Origin: Desulfurococcales archaeon
Lineage (GTDB): Archaea; Thermoproteota; Thermoprotei_A; Sulfolobales; Desulfurococcaceae
Length of the DNA stretch: 64,000 nucleotides
NCBI GenBank assembly: GCA_027022365.1
Contig: JALVYU010000031.1
Span: 288,001 to 352,000, forward strand
Direction of reading: 5' to 3'
Both the position numbers and the translations under genes were made by a program. The notes below the pieces were generated by a model. That model saw only the letters and a list, made by a program, of their open reading frames with translations, was not told the origin of the DNA and did not search any database. Below are positions 60,115-64,000 of this stretch, piece by piece. Every line of letters begins with the position of its first letter. The first letter of the stretch is position 1.

Positions 60115-60224
60115 ATCCTTAAATGAGAATGTTTATTATTGTTAACTTTTTACCGTGCTGTTCGGAAAATAACCAGCCATGCTTATATCACTGAGTACTC
60201 AAAATAATCCCTTGGGTCCTTAAT

Positions 60225-61190
60225 ATGGGAAGGACTATCCTATTTGTACATGGGGATAGTGATGGTGTGGTTTCCGGCTCATTAGCTCTTCAAGCATTCA
60301 GGCTTAAAGGCTCCACTGATATCCGTATAGTGTTCACGCACCCGGCGGGTTTAGCAAGTGATCTTGCTGAGTTCGCGCGTCCAGGCGATACCGTGTTTAT
60401 TGCGGATATAGCTTTAAGCGAAGCTCATCTGGATGAGATAGAGGCGTTGTTCAAAGAATACAGTAGGCGCGGAACACTGATCTATGTTGATCACCACCCG
60501 GAGCCCCTGGGGCTGAAGCCCGGCGATCTCGAGGGGATCATAATTCATGATACGAGAGCCTCGGCAAGCGAGCTCACTTACAGGTATTTCGAGGAGATCC
60601 TGGGATGGGAATACAGTAGGGTCGCACTCTATGGTGCTATAGGTGATTACCTCGATACGACCCCGTGGGTTCTCGATGTTCTGAGAAACTGGGATAAGAG
60701 GACGATTTATTTCGAAGCCGGGGTTCTCTGCCAGGGCCTTGAGGGTAGTAGGCGGATGTATGACTTCAAAAGACATGTCGTGGAGCACCTGTCAATGAAT
60801 AAGCTCCCTAGCGGTCTCAGCGAGCTACTTGTCCGGGCACTCATAGAGAGTGTTAACGACGAAGAACTAAGGCTTTGGGTATCACGTAATATCAATGTGC
60901 TAGAGAATCTCGGATACGTCATGAATCCGCCGGGTAGTCTGGGAAAAGCGGCTCTTTATGCCAGAACATATAGTGATAGGCCAGTCGGGTTAGCGGCTCA
61001 GAGACACCGTGGGCTCTACAACATTAGTATTAGGGCGGCGAAAGGAGTTGATCTAAACAAGATCATACGCTCTATCGCCGTACGTGTCGGTGGGACAGGG
61101 GGCGGCCACCCCCAGGCCGCGGGGGCTAGAATACCTATTCATAAATTCAGGGAGTTCCTACAGCTCCTGGATCAAGCCCTAAAAAGATAA
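60225..61190 (+). CDS. DHH/DHHA1 family phosphoesterase
   Basis: HGDSDG, IADIA, VDHH, GGGHPQAAGA. Confidence 0.9.
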   Translation: MGRTILFVHGDSDGVVSGSLALQAFRLKGSTDIRIVFTHPAGLASDLAEFARPGDTVFIADIALSEAHLDEIEALFKEYSRRGTLIYVDHHPEPLGLKPGDLEGIIIHDTRASASELTYRYFEEILGWEYSRVALYGAIGDYLDTTPWVLDVLRNWDKRTIYFEAGVLCQGLEGSRRMYDFKRHVVEHLSMNKLPSGLSELLVRALIESVNDEELRLWVSRNINVLENLGYVMNPPGSLGKAALYARTYSDRPVGLAAQRHRGLYNISIRAAKGVDLNKIIRSIAVRVGGTGGGHPQAAGARIPIHKFREFLQLLDQALKR

Positions 61191-61271
61191 TGATAACTCA
61201 TATCAACGGTTTGTCGGAGCCAACGACTTTTCGGCCCAGGGCTTCGTCTAGCCGCACGTGTTCCTGGATAA

Positions 61272-61706
61272 CTAGGACAGGCTTATCAGTACTAGGCCCG
61301 CGAACACCATTAGCCCACCGATTATTTTGAGGGGAGCCGGTTTTTCTCCCAGCAACACTATGCTCAGGACTAGGACGAACAATACACTGCTCCTATCGAT
61401 GAAAGCTACCTTGGATGCATCGCCGAGTTTCAGCGCCTTGAAATACAGTATCCATGAAGCCGCCCCGGCTAATCCGCTTAACAATATATAGAGCCAGGCA
61501 CTGCCCCGGAGCCCTGACGGTCTCCAGTAACCGCTCCACATGAGCATCATTAGGAAAACAAGGATCAATGATGTCATGACGATACTGCGTATGCCCGTAG
61601 CTGTCAGGGAATCGATGTCCCTCAGCCCCACCTTGGCGAAAATAGTTGCGAGAGCAGCGCATAATGCCGCCGCTAAGGCGTAGTAGAGCCACGAACCCAT
61701 TATCAC
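61272..61706 (-). CDS. EamA family membrane protein (single domain)
   Basis: IFAKVGL, SWILYFKAL, IDRSSVLF, LGEK. Confidence 0.85.
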   Translation of the reverse strand: MIMGSWLYYALAAALCAALATIFAKVGLRDIDSLTATGIRSIVMTSLILVFLMMLMWSGYWRPSGLRGSAWLYILLSGLAGAASWILYFKALKLGDASKVAFIDRSSVLFVLVLSIVLLGEKPAPLKIIGGLMVFAGLVLISLS

Positions 61707-61823
61707 CGCCCAAAAACAATTATTTCTCGGGCAACTTGATATATTATGGCATCATATTTTTAGCGCTGATTGCGTGGTGTCCGCGGCGTCATAGCGTGTT
61801 CGCGTAGCGAATGATATGGATGA

Positions 61824-62798
61824 TTATCTCGACTGTGAGACAAAGAGACGCTGTATTCGTCTCCAGTATTTCCTTAATGGATGGTTTCTTGGAACACGTA
61901 TTCCTTCCTGGAGAAGATTATATGCTAGCAGGGAGTCTATCGTTGCAGCCGCTTCACCGAGCGTCTCGAGCCTCTTGATCGGACCGTACATTATGTAGTC
62001 GGCGCCCATGGTTCTTAGGTAGGCTATTGCGGCTGCGTTGACGCTGTAGTATGTCTGGGCGCCGTGCTTCTTCCTCGATATAATACCTATACTGTTAGCC
62101 GGGGCGCAGCCGCTGGGTATCCCTACGTGTTTTTTCACTAAGTATATGGTTTCGCCGCTGAGAGCTATGCTCGCGGGATCCAAGACAATAGCGTCCGCCA
62201 AGAGGTTCTTGAACCCCGCCTCCTCGGCCATCGGCTTGAGCTTCTCGGTGAGAAGCCTTAAGCGGTCACGGGGCCTGAGACTCCCCGTAGGGTTCCTGGG
62301 GTCGAACAATAGTAGTATGGCTGAGTCGACTCCTGCCTCTCTTATTAGGCCCAGCTCCTCCTTACTGGTATATGGGTCTACGCCGTTGGCGACTATTAGT
62401 TCTCCTAGCCCCTTCTCCCCGACAAGCCGGTAAGCCTGGGGCCTTGCGGCCTCGTCCGGTATGTCCAGGAACACGGGCGGCTCCAAGAGGTCGATAGTGT
62501 CTAGGATCTTCTCGACCAGCGGCTTATCCGGGATAATCAGGTCAACACCTAGCCCGAGGCCATAAGTGTCGGCAGCAGTTCTCGCCTTATTGTACACGTC
62601 TTCTACACAGGTTTTATCAACACTGTTCTCGCCTAGGCACTTGTCACCCATGTAGAACAGACTACCGATCATGAGCAACGGCTTCTCGCCCGGTATTCCC
62701 CCAAGCTTAACACCGCCTGGAAGCTCCGCCAGGAACTGCTCTGTCCAACCACTATAAGGGCCGATCATCACACGATCAGCTCCACTTATCCGGCTCAT
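61824..62798 (-). CDS. MtrH/MtgA-like pterin-dependent methyltransferase
   Basis: LGGIPGEKPLLMIGSLFY, GIPSGCAPAN, GADYIMYGPI, NHPL. Confidence 0.8.
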   Translation of the reverse strand: MSRISGADRVMIGPYSGWTEQFLAELPGGVKLGGIPGEKPLLMIGSLFYMGDKCLGENSVDKTCVEDVYNKARTAADTYGLGLGVDLIIPDKPLVEKILDTIDLLEPPVFLDIPDEAARPQAYRLVGEKGLGELIVANGVDPYTSKEELGLIREAGVDSAILLLFDPRNPTGSLRPRDRLRLLTEKLKPMAEEAGFKNLLADAIVLDPASIALSGETIYLVKKHVGIPSGCAPANSIGIISRKKHGAQTYYSVNAAAIAYLRTMGADYIMYGPIKRLETLGEAAATIDSLLAYNLLQEGIRVPRNHPLRKYWRRIQRLFVSQSR

Positions 62799-62946
62799 TA
62801 TTACTTATAATGACACTATACGGCTACTAAATTCTTAACTACCGAAAAATACAATCTTAACCCCCGGTAGGATTGGTAGCTCGTAGCATTTCCTGGATAT
62901 AAAAACATGTCATCGCCCGTGAAGATACTGGCAAATATTGTTTGAA

Positions 62947-64000
62947 CTATATTATTGCGTCTACTATCAACGCTACACCAAGTGGTACCATGTAATTTGT
63001 TGGGCGGCTATAGTGAAGTACGAGTATGCCTGGAACTGGTTCGGGGTTCATCCTGTAGAGGGTGATGTAGAGGTCGGCCTTCATGGAGCGTTCTATATAT
63101 CCTAATTCATCCATACTGGCTGGACTTAATACTACATATAAACTGCTTGTCCTTACAAGGTAGTGTTTGCCCGGGGATATCTCTATGGTTCCATTACGTG
63201 TTACTAGCTCTATCTTTCCAATCATGTCTCCTTTTACGGCAAGTATGGCGCTGACCACGTAGTTTCCACCGGGGATTCCTAGATGTATTGTGAGAGGCTC
63301 CATTATCTTACCCATCATGATGCTATATGATGTCCCTTTCTTGGCCGATGATGAGGTCGTTAAGACTGTGTAATCGATCCCCGGCGTATCCCTTGGATAA
63401 TAATCTAGGTTTACATGCAGATGGTAATATATGATCTCGGGCGCTATCACGCCATAGTATGATGTATATCCTCTAAATACTGGTTGGTAGAAGCCGTCCA
63501 GCCTGATCAGTGTTGCGGGCGGTGATAGAACCACCGATCTATAGGTGAATCCCCTGTTTACCAAGAGACGATAACTCTTGCCCCCAATATACAGCATATA
63601 GGTAGTTGTATCGGAGGGGTCAAAAGAATCGGTGTGGACGTAACCATTCTCCTTATCTAGGGCATAGATCATACTGCTTGTTGTGGCTAGTAAAGACAGG
63701 ATAACCAGTATAATGACTGGGTAGAGGAGGATAGTAGCTGTAATACTCCTAATCTTAGGCCTTGTAATCACTGTGTCCGGATATCCGGCGATAACCCATC
63801 CTTCAAACGCTTTGATCAAGATAGCGATAATTATTAGGAATAGTAGATAAGCTGTCGGAGCGGCTCTTAATGATATGAGTAGGTTGGTTGCGCCGACGAT
63901 GCAGTATGTGATTCCCAGTAAGAATGTTCTAAGGGGAAGATCCACGTGCATGTAGGCACCTATATATGCCAGGCCATAAGTTATTGATGGGGCGAACACT
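62947..64000 (-). CDS. Hypothetical membrane protein (5' end outside the window)
   Basis: Open to the window edge; several TMs, a soluble domain and a C-terminal hydrophobic tail. Confidence 0.65.
   Translation of the reverse strand, partial: VFAPSITYGLAYIGAYMHVDLPLRTFLLGITYCIVGATNLLISLRAAPTAYLLFLIIIAILIKAFEGWVIAGYPDTVITRPKIRSITATILLYPVIILVILSLLATTSSMIYALDKENGYVHTDSFDPSDTTTYMLYIGGKSYRLLVNRGFTYRSVVLSPPATLIRLDGFYQPVFRGYTSYYGVIAPEIIYYHLHVNLDYYPRDTPGIDYTVLTTSSSAKKGTSYSIMMGKIMEPLTIHLGIPGGNYVVSAILAVKGDMIGKIELVTRNGTIEISPGKHYLVRTSSLYVVLSPASMDELGYIERSMKADLYITLYRMNPEPVPGILVLHYSRPTNYMVPLGVALIVDAII

Noticed and set aside
1-64000. tRNA, rRNA, CRISPR arrays, transposases, integrases, reverse transcriptases, inteins
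   Set aside because: None recognised by eye; small RNAs could be missed without tRNAscan-SE or Infernal

Overview
This is a gene-dense chromosomal segment of a thermophilic archaeon. GGTGA/GGAGG Shine-Dalgarno motifs, frequent GTG/TTG starts, archaeal-type IleRS, His-type Thi4, TrpB2 and a class III signal-peptide protein suggest a Desulfurococcales-like crenarchaeon (inference). Main blocks: (1) a ~13 kb group-4 [NiFe]-hydrogenase plus Mrp Na+/H+ antiporter cluster, headed by a GltD-like flavoprotein rather than a formate dehydrogenase; (2) an amino-sugar cluster with two MFS transporters, a diacetylchitobiose-type deacetylase, a GH84 hexosaminidase and a tandem GNAT acetyltransferase; (3) a methanogen-type FdhB-FdhA pair with mobA; (4) GH4 glycosidase, three ABC exporters, ileS, SOR-like protein and a MoxR/DUF58 operon; (5) thiamine genes; (6) an orphan hisD with a Na+:solute symporter behind a structured leader; (7) a tungsten-cofactor radical SAM enzyme; (8) an AT-rich islet with a long inverted repeat and a pilin-anchored lectin-like protein; (9) pterin-related genes (DHPS-like, MtrH-like). 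I found no tRNA, rRNA, CRISPR array, transposase or integrase. All family assignments come from reading motifs by eye, not from database searches.
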